Part shown: positions 1 through 13,259 of the stretch, in pieces
Numbering within the stretch: the stretch's first letter is position 1
Layout: each line of letters opens with the position of its first letter
Source: the human T2T-CHM13v2.0 reference genome, Homo sapiens
DNA length: 64,000 nucleotides
NCBI RefSeq assembly: GCF_009914755.1
Contig: NC_060939.1
Strand: one strand, 5' to 3'
Translations under genes and position numbers: made by a program
Notes under the pieces: generated by a model
The model's input: the letters and a program-made list of their open reading frames with translations, nothing else
Told to the model about the DNA's origin: nothing
The model's database searches: none

Positions 1-26
1 GATGTCAAATTAGGTCAGTTTGTTTG

Positions 27-2056
27 CAGTGCTGATCATAATCCTGAAAGATACAGTCCTGAATGTGAGAACCCCAAATGTTGAAAGATCGAGTTTCCTA
101 AAGATGAGAACGCCTAACATATAAAATTCTAAAAGTCACAATTGTGAAAGATCAAAATCCTGAATGTTGAAATCCTGAAAGCCGAATTCTAGGGAAGGAG
201 TTTTAGTACATTTTGGTTTTACCAGGATAGTTGCATCATGTTAGGTGGAACTATTACCTTGTTATTGTCTTTATTTGGAAATTAGGTGTGGTTTAAGGAG
301 ACACATGAGTGCCAGGTTGACAAGGAGTGGACTCGTGGCCTTAATTTTAGGTGTCAACTTGACTGAATTAAGAAATACCTAGAAACTTGATAAAGCATTA
401 TTTTGGGTGAGTCTGTGAGGTAGTTTCCAGAGGAGACTAGCACATGAGTCTGAGTGGACTAGGTAGGGAAAATCTGCCCTCATTACTGGTGGGCACTATC
501 TAGTAGGCCAGAGAGGACAAATACTGAAGGTGAATTGGTCTGTGTCTCAGAGAAGGGACAGCCTTTTCTCCTGCTGCCTTAGACATTAAAATTCCAGGTT
601 TGACATCCTTTGGGCTCCAGGATTTACACCAGCAGCCCGCCGGGTCCTGAGGCTTTTGATCTCAAACTGAGAGTTGCATCATTGGCATCCTTAGTTCTGA
701 GGCCTTCAGACTGGGACTGAGCCACACTGTAGATATCCCAGCGTTCCAGCTTGCAGACAGTCTGTCATGGGACTTCTCATACATGAACTGATTCCCGTAA
801 TAAATCCCTTCTCATATATCTATATACATATCTTATTGGTTCTGTCTCTTTGAAAAACTCTAATACAGATTTGGTATTGGGGAAGCCAAGTATCATTCCT
901 TCTTACCATTTTCCTTTTAACACAATGGAACAGATCAGTGAAATTGTTCTCTTGCAAAAACGCTGAGATAAATTAAGTGTATGAGGCTACTTAATGGTAA
1001 AAGATAAATTTTAAAATATAATTGGTGCTGTGAATACAGAAAATCACTTAATTGTAATGGTAAAGCCATAACCAGACTTTCAAACAGACAGCATACACTT
1101 CAAAAAGTTGTAGAACACAACCACCCTCCAAATATAAGTGGAGAGAGTTTTGAAGATCATAGAAGTGAAAATGCAAGTAAAAAATACAAGAAATCTCCCC
1201 TGCCAAATTTTTCAGTGGTGTACAACTTCTGCCCCTTCACTCATAGTGCCACTTTGTTATGCTGAGCATTCCATCTTCGCATAATTTCCAACACTGGAGG
1301 TATAAATTGTGTAAAAATTTCGAGAGTTCTAATTTATTGTGTGCATTTTTATAAATTTGAGTCCATAAAATTACATTATTACAATGTTAACTTTGGGTAT
1401 AAGCATTGGGCATGTGTGGAAAAGGTTGAAACTTCCTCAGTAAATGAAGAGATGTCCATTTTGTACATCTGCATATGTGAAAGATAAAATTTCTTGAGAT
1501 CTTCGCTCTTTGGATATGGATAACTGCATATTCAGTGGTTGACCCATCATAGTTTTTCATTGATCTCGTCAGAAGACTTAGGTTGTTCATCATGGTATTT
1601 CATGCAGCTGACTGCAGTTATAAAGCTGGCTGCACGTGGTCGCCAACCATAGTGGTATGCGTGTATGCATTTTGCTTTTTGACATATTTCCTTATGAATA
1701 TGGTTTTTCTGCTTGTAACTATTATACCCATGCACCTATGATTAATATATCTGAGTGTTTATGCTTGCAAAAAATATGTATGTTTATTGCCTATTTTATT
1801 GCGTAAAGTGACCTATCAAGTATTGTTAGGTTTTTATGTTTCTAAAATAAACCCTCTTTATAAAATAAATACATGTCTTTTTTAAAAAAGGAATTTTTAA
1901 AAATTCTTTCGAGAATTATACTTTTGGGATATTGATCTTTCAGGATTGTGATTTTCATTCAAATTTTACACTTTATTGATTTTGGATCTTTCAGGATTTC
2001 AACATTTGGCATTATGGTTGTCAGGAGTGTGTCTTTTAGGATTTTGGCCCAAGCCC
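27..2056 (+). mobile_element. Ricksha (MULE/MuDR-type) non-autonomous DNA transposon
   Basis: Terminal inverted arrays of ATCCTGAAAGAT / ATCTTTCAGGAT motifs; degenerate 9-bp TSD gtttgtttg (18-26) / atttggttg (2057-2065); inserted into an L1M; carries an ERVL/MLT2 fragment. Confidence 0.8.
334..867 (+). mobile_element. MLT2B-like ERVL LTR captured inside Ricksha, preceded by ERVL 3' internal/PPT sequence (~195-333)
   Basis: ttaattttaggtgtcaacttgact start, ...ctctaataca end; polypurine caaggagtggact just upstream. Confidence 0.8.
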
Positions 2057-2875
2057 ATTTGGTTGATTGTGTAGTTTTAAGTTTTCTATATTCTTAGTGG
2101 TTTTCTGTTTAGTTGTTTTATTTTTATTGAGAGTAATGTATTAAACTCTCCATCTATCATGTTGAAATGTCTGCTTTCCCTTCCAGTTCTGTCAGTTTTT
2201 TGCTTTATATAATGTTAGGCTCTCGTTACATGTCTATATATTTATAGTTGACTTATTTTTCTAAAGTATTATCCATTTTACTATTATGAAATATTCGTCT
2301 TTGCCTCTTATAGCATTTCTTGTCTATTTTTTTCTGATATGAATATAGCTGCTCTCTCTTATGTTACTTTTTGCATGGTATTTTTCCCATCCTTTTACTT
2401 TTCAACCTATTTGTGCCTTTGAATCTAAAGTGTATTTCTTATGGATAGCATATTGTTTTTTATGCGGTTGACAGCCTTCCCATTTGAGTGGGTTATTTAG
2501 TCTGTTCACATCTAATGTAATTATTGATATGATTGTGTTTATTAATACATCAACCATTTTGCTATGTGTAGTCTACATATCTTGTATTTTTTTCCCCATA
2601 CCTCTCCTTTTATTGCCTTTTTTCATGTTAGATAAATATTTTTAGTGTGCAATTTCAGTTACTGTGCTGACTTTTTTTAACTATATATTTTTAGTTATCT
2701 TCTTGTTTCCTCTGAACATGATGAGTCATTTTTCTGTTGATGCTTTCAAGATTTTTTATGTATCTTTGTCTTTTATAGTTTGATTATGATGTGTATAGGT
2801 GTGGGTCTCTGTGTTTATCCTACTTGGTTTTTATCAAGCTTCTTAAGTCTTTAATATTTCTCATCAAAATTTAAA
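2057..2875 (-). mobile_element. Old L1M fragment (ORF2 endonuclease and ORF1 region); continues at 1-26
   Basis: Antisense L1 motifs such as catccttttacttttcaacctatttgtg and gctttcaagattttt. Confidence 0.75.
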
Positions 2876-3488
2876 TTCATAATCACACATTGTTGCCCCA
2901 TTTTACAATAACGCAAAAAAAGTGCAAGCCTTAGTAATTTTTGCAGCCATGTAAAAACACTTTTTTGCACATTTAATTATTTTTGAAATATGTTCAAAAT
3001 CATTTATTTTACTTGCTGCCATGTAAATTTTGATGGATTTTTTTCAAATACCTTTAGGTAGATGGTTTGCAGATAATGCAATTCAGAGGTATTGATGACA
3101 TTTTAATTGTTTTTCTATAAAAATAAATTTTTAGCATTGGCATCAGCACACTTAGAGTGTAATAGTCTAGAAGCTTGTGCCTGTCTTTGACTTATTCCTA
3201 TTTTATTATTTTCCATATCCGATCAAACCTACCTCATGCTTCTGTTAAAAGTACCTCTGGAATTTGTCTTCAAATTCTATTGCACTGCCTCTGTCCTAGT
3301 CAAATGCCTACTTGTTTTGTCAGCCTAGGATCTCTTTCCATATCATTGCTTTCTGCATATTTGCCTGTCTAGCCTTTCCAAAAAACATCCTTTCATCCTT
3401 TAAGAATCTTCGGGAGATGTCATATTCTCACAATAGCAAGTCCAGGCTCCTCTACCCAATATTTATTATCATTCCTGTCTCCACCAAG

Positions 3489-3506
3489 CTCTCTCTCTCT
3501 CTCTCT
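3489..3506. repeat. (CT)9 microsatellite
   Basis: Direct read. Confidence 0.9.
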
Positions 3507-4319
3507 GTTGAATTTATTTTCTGCTCTTCTCCCATTGGTGTCTCTGTCATTTGCTGGTCCCCAAAGAGCCCATTGTGCAAGCTGTATGTAGTTTTTCACC
3601 TCCATGCTTTTCCTCATGGTTTTAACCCCCCGCCATGCCCTGCTGGGAATGCTTTATGCATTTTCTTTGTGCCTTATTCAAATTCCCATCTCCAAATTCA
3701 GATTTTGGAAGAGTTTCTCCAAGCCTTCACATAACCTTCTCTGAGCTCCTCTTGCACCTCGTCGGTTGTGTGTGATATGCTTCTCAATGGCAGAGGCCTT
3801 GTCTCATCATTGTCTTGACACGGGCTGTGGTATGTCTGGGATTGGTTACTCTTCTCTCCCACATAGTCATTTTTTGATTTTTAAATTTAGTTCTTTTTCT
3901 TTTTTCTTTGTATTTCTTCTTATGACTTATAAAACACGATGATTCTTCCTCATATTTTATCCCCACACCCCTGAAATCAGAAGCATTTTTGTTTTGTGAA
4001 AGAGATAGACAGGCTTAGCAAGGTGGAGTACTATGCCAGTGGAGCCAAGCGTGAAATTGACTCTCCTATGCACCAGTTAAGTTCAAGTAGAAAACTCCCT
4101 TTCAGAGTCACAGGCTGTATACTGAATCCTACCTGCCCGCTCCACTGCAGATGTATATTTTGTTCAGTATTGAGGAAATTGAGCAGTAACGTATGAACTT
4201 CCTAGCACAAATTCGTAAATATTAGAAAAATAACTACAAGTTAGGGTATTTTGGACTTGTATTACTTTTATAAAGTAAAATAATTATTTTAAATCCTCCT
4301 ACTAACAAAAAGTCTATAG

Positions 4320-4527
4320 CAAAGATCAGCAAACCTTTTCTGTAAATGGCCAGATAGTAAATATTTTTAGGTGTTGCAGGCCACATATGTTCTCTGTCAC
4401 ATGTTCTTTGTCTTTATTGTTGTTTACCATCCTTTAAAAATGTAAAAAACCAGTTTCAGCTTGCAGGCAGGACAAGAGCAGGCCATGGGCTAGATTTGGC
4501 CTGTGAGCCATAGTTTACCACCAGCTG
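4320..4527. mobile_element. MER58-family hAT-Charlie MITE
   Basis: ggccagatagtaaatattttta core; 8-bp TSD gtctatag (4312-4319) / gtctgtag (4528-4535). Confidence 0.8.
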
Positions 4528-4677
4528 GTCTGTAGCAATGAGAAAAACTAATCTGTTTAATTGAGCATCCAAGACGGCAGAAGACTCTTACCCAGTAGAG
4601 AAGACATTGCTAATACTAATCCAAGTGTTGTACAAACTGGAATGTGCACAGAGGGGTACTGTCAAGTGGTAGAGCTT

Positions 4678-4785
4678 GGGAAACCTTAACCTAGGAGGAA
4701 TGACTCGGGAACAGGGACAGGATGAGAGAAGGGGAAACCTTAACCTAGGAGGAATGACTCGGGAACAGGGACAGGATGAGAGAAG
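4678..4785. repeat. Perfect 54-bp tandem duplication (2 copies)
   Basis: gggaaaccttaacctaggaggaatgactcgggaacagggacaggatgagagaag at 4678-4731 and 4732-4785. Confidence 0.97.
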
Positions 4786-5546
4786 GCAAGAGATAGTATC
4801 ACAGTGGTCTTCAACGTCTCAGTCTCCATGATGTGAAAGTAGGCTTGTCCTGCACAGTGCTGACTGTAGGTCTTCAGTGTAATGTGCTGACCTGGGAAAC
4901 AGTAAATGTCCTTCCCCTAAAATGGTGATTTTCCCTGAGAAGGACTAAGTTCCTTGTAAGGAACTTCCTAATCTTCACTCAAGTCTTAAGTGATTTGATG
5001 TATGAAAAGGACCTAATTGTACTCTCCATGGAAGAGATGACAACTGTAGACATCAATGATGAGGGAATTTTGGAGTAAATGGAAGTATTTAATTTGGGAA
5101 TTAAAGTAAGTCTTTATAGGGTATGTATACTTTGGGTTTTTTAAAAGGTGCCGCATGCCTAAACGGTATCTAAAAATGTTAGTTAACTGTATCTCATTTT
5201 ATTGTTACAATCTTTACCATGGTGAAAATTTCCAAAAGACATTCTAATTTCTACTCCAGAAATCTGTTTAGCTCATATGAACAAGTTGCACTTACTTCAT
5301 TGCTATTATTCATAAATCTCCTATTTTCTTCTTAGATGGATGGTAAAATCACACAAGTGGCAAAAACCAGGTCCCTTGAAATGACTGTAATTGTTCTTTT
5401 CTCACCCTGGCAACAAACTTGACTCATCAAGATGCAGAAGCCATAGTGACAGACTTCTGGTTCAGACTCACCACTTTGTGTCTCTTTTTTTCTCCATGCT
5501 ACCCAGCCCTTTTCTCCATTTAAGAAATGTTGGCAGGGTAATTTAA

Positions 5547-5939
<393 letters not shown>

Positions 5940-6204
5940 TGATTGTGTTTAAAGTAAAGCAGCCAAAGAATAAGATGGAAAGCCTTTGTTTCTTTGACTA
6001 GAACCAATTAGTTAGTTTCCTTCCTTCTGTTTATCTTGACGATTGCTTCTCTAAGTTTGTTTTTGCAGTGAACAAAGCGTCATTCCTAGCTAACAAATGG
6101 AATTTATTTCAGTGAGGGATTTTATACTTTAAAAAAGAAATCTGTGCTAAAACTGTGTTTAGGGATAAAATATATGAGATGATTTCCTCAGAGAAAGGAA
6201 TTAA

Positions 6205-6207
<3 letters not shown>

Positions 6208-6243
<36 letters not shown>
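6208..6243. repeat. (GT)18 microsatellite
   Basis: Direct read. Confidence 0.97.
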
Positions 6244-6245
<2 letters not shown>

Positions 6246-7312
6246 GGTATTGAACAATATGAAAAGATAGCTAGCTACGGGTCTTAAGTATTGGCTTAGA
6301 TGTTGACTTCTCCCTAGAAAAATTGGTATTGGGTATCCTAATAATTAATATTGCCAGATAACCAGATTATAAAACTTTAAAGACCTTAAAATTGGCTGAA
6401 CTTCCTGCTGAGCTAGAAATGTCAGCCTGGCTAAAAAATAATATATTATCCACTGTAGAGTTCTGTAGCTGACCCATTTTGACATATTATATGTCATAGT
6501 ACATAGGCCTTGAATAAAACAGTACATTTATTTTATAGATAGCTGAATAATTTTGTTAACTTGTAAGAAACAAAAGTGCCATTTAAAAAAATTAAAATAT
6601 GAGGCCACTTTGAACCTTAAACTGTCACAATAAGCATCATATGATTTTACTCATAAAAGCATTTTTATAATTTATCTCTGAGGGTAGTAAAGTGAATAAT
6701 TTACTAGTCCCTAAAGGAAATATTTTCCAAGATAATACAATGCACATATTATTTTCAATTTAATATGTTCAAGGTAACTTTAAAATAATGGATACATTAA
6801 AATCAATGGAAGTAATAATCAAATTTGAGGAGATTATTTTTCCATAAATATAATTAAATTTTGTATTTATAAAATTAACAAAATGAAATGAGGCCGTTTC
6901 AGAAGCAGGCTACATTTCTAAGAAATCAGAGCTTCTTTCAAGTGAGAAAAATATCAAATATAAATAGAATTAAAAAAATAAATGTACCTGCTGCACTAAC
7001 CCCACAGGTCATAGACCGATTATGGTGGTCAAGCACCAAATTACAAATCTAGAGCTCCAGCTTATAGCCTGATTCCACCATTTCACAGTGTGTGACCTGG
7101 AGTAAGTCACCAGAACCTCTCTGAGCTTCATAAATTTTATTTTCTGTGAGCCAGAGATCATATTTATCCTGCTTCCTTTATAGTTATTTTGAAGTTGAAT
7201 ATGATAGTTTATGTATAAGAATTATAAAGCACTGTACAAATGTAGATGATTCTCAAATGAGAAGATACAACTTGTAGATTACCATATCTGACTTAAAAAA
7301 TTTTTATTCTTG

Positions 7313-7476
7313 AGCCAGGCATGGTGATGCATACCTGTAGTCCCAGCTACCCAGGAGGCTGAAGTGGAAGGATCACTTGAGCCCAGGAGTTTAAGGATGC
7401 AGTGAGCTATGACTGTGCCTGAGAATAGCCACTGCACTCCAGCCTGGGCAACATACCAATACCCTGTCTCTAAAAA
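7313..7476 (+). mobile_element. FAM-type fossil Alu monomer
   Basis: Single Alu arm with the gaatagccactgcactccagc segment typical of FAM. Confidence 0.75.
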
Positions 7477-7939
7477 TTTTTTTTTACCCCCCTCACATTC
7501 ACCCCCTCTCCTTGTGGTAAGTACCTAAGCTTGTATTTACCACTTCATAATGGAGATGGAAGTGTGACCTACACCAGTGCCAACTCCCTTCCAAGTGATT
7601 GCCAGGATGTTGCAGTCAGTGCTGGCAATACATGAGGGAAGGCAAGGAGAGAAGGAGGGAGGGAGATAAAGGATGTGATGGTTTGATTTGTGTGGCATGA
7701 AATGCAACTTACTGGCATAACACCAGAGTTCAGAGTAAAGTTGCAAATTTCATTATAAGCAGCCTTTAACTTACTGTGGCTTGACTTTCAGACGTTACCA
7801 GAAACAGATTAGGTTGTTAAGTCTGGGGTCGCCTATACTACTATTCATAATGTTGTTGTTATTACAGACAATATATGTAAAAAGGAGTGTTTCCATGTGC
7901 AATAATGGTATTATGTATACTACTATGACTATTTGTAAG

Positions 7940-8212
7940 AATAATAATAGCTACCATTTATTGAGCACCGAGTCTTCGGCCAGGTACTCTGTTTAATTGC
8001 TATACATATGCTCACTAATTTAGTTATTACAAAACCTTATGACAAAATCTATTATTATAAAAGTTATTGGCAACCTAATTTTATAGATAAGGAAATTGAG
8101 GCTCACAGAAGTTAAGTTACCTGCCAGAGTCACAGCTAGTAAGAGACAGAATTGAGTTTCAGACTTGTCTGATTCTAAACCTACATTCTTGCCACATTGA
8201 CATGCTGTCTCC
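7940..8212 (-). mobile_element. MIR SINE
   Basis: Antisense core ttttatagataaggaaattgaggctcacagaagttaag. Confidence 0.8.
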
Positions 8213-9679
8213 ATATTTCAGACATGGTCTCTCTACAGGGGGCCCTTATTTGGGAATAGGGCTGAACCATATTGAGCATCTTTTAGTTGTTGTGTGGCCG
8301 TTTCCAGTGTCAAAGTTTGGCTCTGCCATTTTGGGCTCAAGATACTCCTATTGACACTCTCGTTGGCCTCATTCAATCTCTCTCTCTATTCACTTAGCAA
8401 GATTACCTGCTAGAGGCTAGCGCTTTCTCTCACCTACCCACTCCGTACGCCAACCAGGTGCTCCCAATTACTTGTTTCCATCTGGCCTAGCGTCAGTAGC
8501 TTCTGCATCAACAGAAATCTTATAAAAGCCTAGGCCTGAGACCTGTTATCTAGGTCTGTCTTGGTGCTGATAGTAACTCTTCTTCCATTGCCCGGCCCCT
8601 GCAACTTCAGCAGAACTCCTGGTTCCTTAATTTGGAGGTGTGCTCCTAATAACTTGTTTTTCTCTTGTCTTGGTTATTCCATTACATATCCTTTGTCTCA
8701 GCTGTGAACCATTCATACAACTACTGGCTACATTGAGCCTGCCAGAGTCTGATCCACAGCCCTGTTCTCTTGTCTGATACTCACATGTGCTCTTACCAGA
8801 ATGCCATCTGGTTCTAGAGCCCTGGCTCTGCCTAGACTCCTGCATACAATTGAACTCCTTAAGTCGAATGACTTTTGTTTGCTGCAGCTGGTTTCTGTGC
8901 CCTTCACCTTTGCCTATTCTCCCTCCCTCACTATAGCTCCTTAGCCCTGGCTCCTCATTCCCCTAGTCATTGGCCACTCATTCCTGCCTTTCTTTCAGCA
9001 GTGACAAAAGCTGAGTATGTGCCAAGGTGGCAGTGTTGTTGGGAGAATAGAGGGAAGCCATTCCCATAGGAAGCTGACCACTGTAATGTTTGGGGTCCTG
9101 GGGAGTGACGCTGTGTGTCATGCTGAATGCTTGCAGCAACAGAGGACCTGACTTGCAGTGGCTGGTGCAAGGTGATAGAAATGGTTGTTGGGTAGAGAAC
9201 TGAGTGCTACATACACATAGCTAGGCTGCTCTTCTGCCTTGGCACTCTCAGTTATTTACTAGGGCATTTTCTGCATGCACCATGCTAATGGCCGGTGTGG
9301 CTAAGGAGGTGGGCATCTCTTCTTTGGTACACAATCTTCAGTGCTGAGTTGAATTATTACAGAGTAGCTTCTTCTGTCTCTAGGTTTCTTGTCACTCCAA
9401 AGCCTTGCCTCTGTGTCAGGAGCAACTTTCCTTTGTGAATTTGTGAATGTGGTGTCAAAGAACTTTAGAGGCAAGAGGGTCTGCTCTGCACTTTGAGGAG
9501 GATGCCTTATGGCAGTTGAAGTAACCACAACTCCCAAGTCGGGCTGCAGATAGCCCAGGATAGGAAGCAGCTTCCACAAGGCTCTGGGCACCATCCTGGC
9601 TCACAAGGCTTACAGCCCTGGCAGAACATGGGCCTGTGAGTAGGTTTTACTTTACTTAAGAAAAGCATACAAGCAAGAG

Positions 9680-9699
9680 GATGATGATGATGATGATGA
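9680..9699. repeat. (GAT)6 trinucleotide repeat
   Basis: Direct read. Confidence 0.85.
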
Positions 9700-11251
9700 A
9701 GATTATCCAGTATAAAAGAAGCAGGCTACCTGAAGCAATGCTCTGCCCTGGTCTAAAACTGAATTCTTTGAGAACAGCAGGAAGAAAGGATCAGGGAGCA
9801 AATGCAAGCCCCGGTGGCCTTGCTACATCTGGTATACTGGATATTCTTTGTAAGAAATGGAGGAGACAGCTGGAGACCTCTGTGTGAGGTCACTCAAGGA
9901 AGGCTTCAGGAGACTGGAGACAGGATAATCCACGGAGATGAAGAAACTGAAGCTGACCAAAATAGCCACAGTCTCCTCAGTCTTGTCTTTCTGTTTCTGG
10001 GGGTATTTTTTGCCATCATGAAGATCGGTGTGGAAATTGAATTCAGTTCTGTGTTTAGGAAGAAAACAATTAAGTTTATACACTTAAAACCTTTCCATGA
10101 ACCGTTTTCTGAAAAACCAAAGCCATCTAATGCTAAGAACTATCTGGGAGAGAGTCAAACAAAGCATGCAGCCTCTGGCACTGCCTTTTTTTAGAGAACT
10201 GAACTGTTCTTAGAAACTTAGCAAATAGGGGTACCTCTTTACAGTAGTTTGGAAATACTCTGCACATACACACAGGCACACACTCACGTGTACCCCTAAG
10301 GTTTTCAAATATTAGAAGGCTCCTGTGTTCTAAGAGCCTTGATTCTATAAACATAATACAGGAACTTAAAAGTTTTATGAAATGAATGCTGTGATATCGC
10401 TCCCTATGATGGGAGGTGGGAATCTTACTTTGGGGAGCCACTTAATGAATTCAATTTCTTGCCAAAGAAGTGTGATTTAGGAGAAAACCAGTTTTTAAGT
10501 GGCTTCTTAGAGAAATGTAAGATTATAGCCTCTTCAAAAGGTAACTAGAGACACCACCTGTAAGGATGACTTAAATCACTTATAATACTGTCTAACCCAT
10601 TAACAGTCTTTGAGTATGTTTCCCTAAGTCACTTGTAATACTGTTGAAACCATTAAGACTCTTTGACTATGTTCTTCTTAAGATGAAAAGATGCACCGGA
10701 AGAAAAGGATGTTCCTATTATTACTATGCCATCACAACTGAGTGACAGAAGATTCTACAGATAGAAGCTTTGTTCACAGTGGTGACTATCAGCAAGGAGG
10801 AGGGAAAGCAGTCACTTGAGCCTAGTGCTGTGAAATTTAATAGAGGCCTCGAGACGTGAATATTTGCTTTTGATTCAATACAGCTCTGTTAACTAACTCA
10901 GAGAACTGCAACTCATTTCTTGGCTTCTGAAAGTGTAGGGAGATATAAAGAAAATGATTTTTTTCTCTAAGGCTTTTTAACCATGCGCTTCTGGTTTTCA
11001 TTGCATAATTAATAAGTCCAATTATCCAGGCGTGTTTACAACTTATTCAATGTTGAATAATAGATATAAGGATTGTGTTCCGTTCACAAATTGACTATGG
11101 AAGAGCATCTTTAGTTAGCTCCCAGGAAATGCCACGTCAGCCAAACTCAAGGCCAGTAACTTCTGTAGTTTAAGAAAACAAGAAAACAAAAGTTGTATCC
11201 ACTTTAGCGATGGAATTCTTATTCAATGTTAACTTAAAAAAACAGTGATTG

Positions 11252-11557
<306 letters not shown>

Positions 11558-12871
11558 TTAGCACAGGACATTGAGATTTACAGAATAGCTTGTGCATAAA
11601 CCACCACGTAGTAAGCCCAACAGCTAGTAGAAAATAACTTTCTACGAGGGAAAATTAACTGGGTTTCTAAACCAGCCCCAGAATTATCTCTTGGAGATTC
11701 TAGTAGTGTTTATTTTCTTGGGAAGAGTTATTCTGTGTATCAAGGACTTGTGCTACATAATGAAATGATGTTTGAAAAATATCAAATATAAATAGATTTT
11801 TAAAAATAAATGTACCTCTGCATTAACCTCAAATTGTTTATAGAAGAATTTTAGTGGACAAGCAAGCACGTGAGTGCAGAGAGTCATGTTTTAGCGTGAT
11901 TCTACCACTCCTCCAGATCACACACTGTGACTTTGATAAGGGTATAAAGCTGGCCCTTTATCACATAACAGGAGAACACTCCAGTTTTTTGTAGTGGTAG
12001 TACACTTGTATTTGTTTGTAGGAATTGGATGCCTTATGTAGAAAGAACATATAGCAAGTAATGGTGCAGTTTTAGAAACTAGCTCCTAGGCATTTTCAAA
12101 GCACATGCTGAAATCCCTTCTCTTTTTGTAAATGGCATATAAAAGGCACAAATCTGTTAACTGTACTTGTTTTTTCTATTGCCTCTTGTTCCTACTTTCT
12201 CTGTATTTGCTTAGAAAGTCAGGAAAAGAATTGCTGTTTACTATTTTTTAATAAAAAAGTCCACACAGTAAAACTATTTAAACTTCAATCAACTATTGAA
12301 ACGAGTTGGAAACCAGTTAATAATTTCCTAATCTCAGACTTGGAGATGAGTGTAAACTGTACTGTACTGAACTGTGAATGTATTTCATCTGCAGTTTGAA
12401 GAACTATGGCCTTGACGTCATTATTTAATGGGACTAATTTGCAGAATTTGTGGCCTTAAGTAAATTTCAGTAAAGAACTTCATTCTAGTATGGACAAAAA
12501 GTCCGAGAAGTTGGAGTGAGTTCTGTGTTTGAGTAGAAGGTATGAAAGGTGTGATAGCTGCTTTCAAAAAGGGGGCCCAAACATGTGACAAAATGATGTT
12601 CTATAGTAATTGCTGGGCAGGTCTCTATCTAATGAAAACAGAGAAGAGAAAGTCTTGAAAACAAGGTTCAAAATCTAGTAGTGGGAAGAAATGAGAGAAT
12701 TAGTCAGTTAACAAAAATCCATACAGATCTTGTTTCACAAGAAAAGTTAGAGCTCTGGAATGCAAATTTTGTCAAGGAAATGGATGTGCAATGCTTCTTT
12801 TTGAGCTCTGTCTTTTTGTAAGTATTTGTAACAAAAACTCTTCTTTATCCTTGTTCTGCTTACTCATCTGA

Positions 12872-13259
<388 letters not shown>

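Noticed and set aside
1387-1735. Minus-strand ORFs inside Ricksha (possible second transposon gene)
   Set aside because: No motif I can recognise; cannot be supported without a consensus alignment
4678-4785. Direct repeat resembling a CRISPR repeat
   Set aside because: Two abutting copies, no spacers, no cas genes, eukaryotic intron
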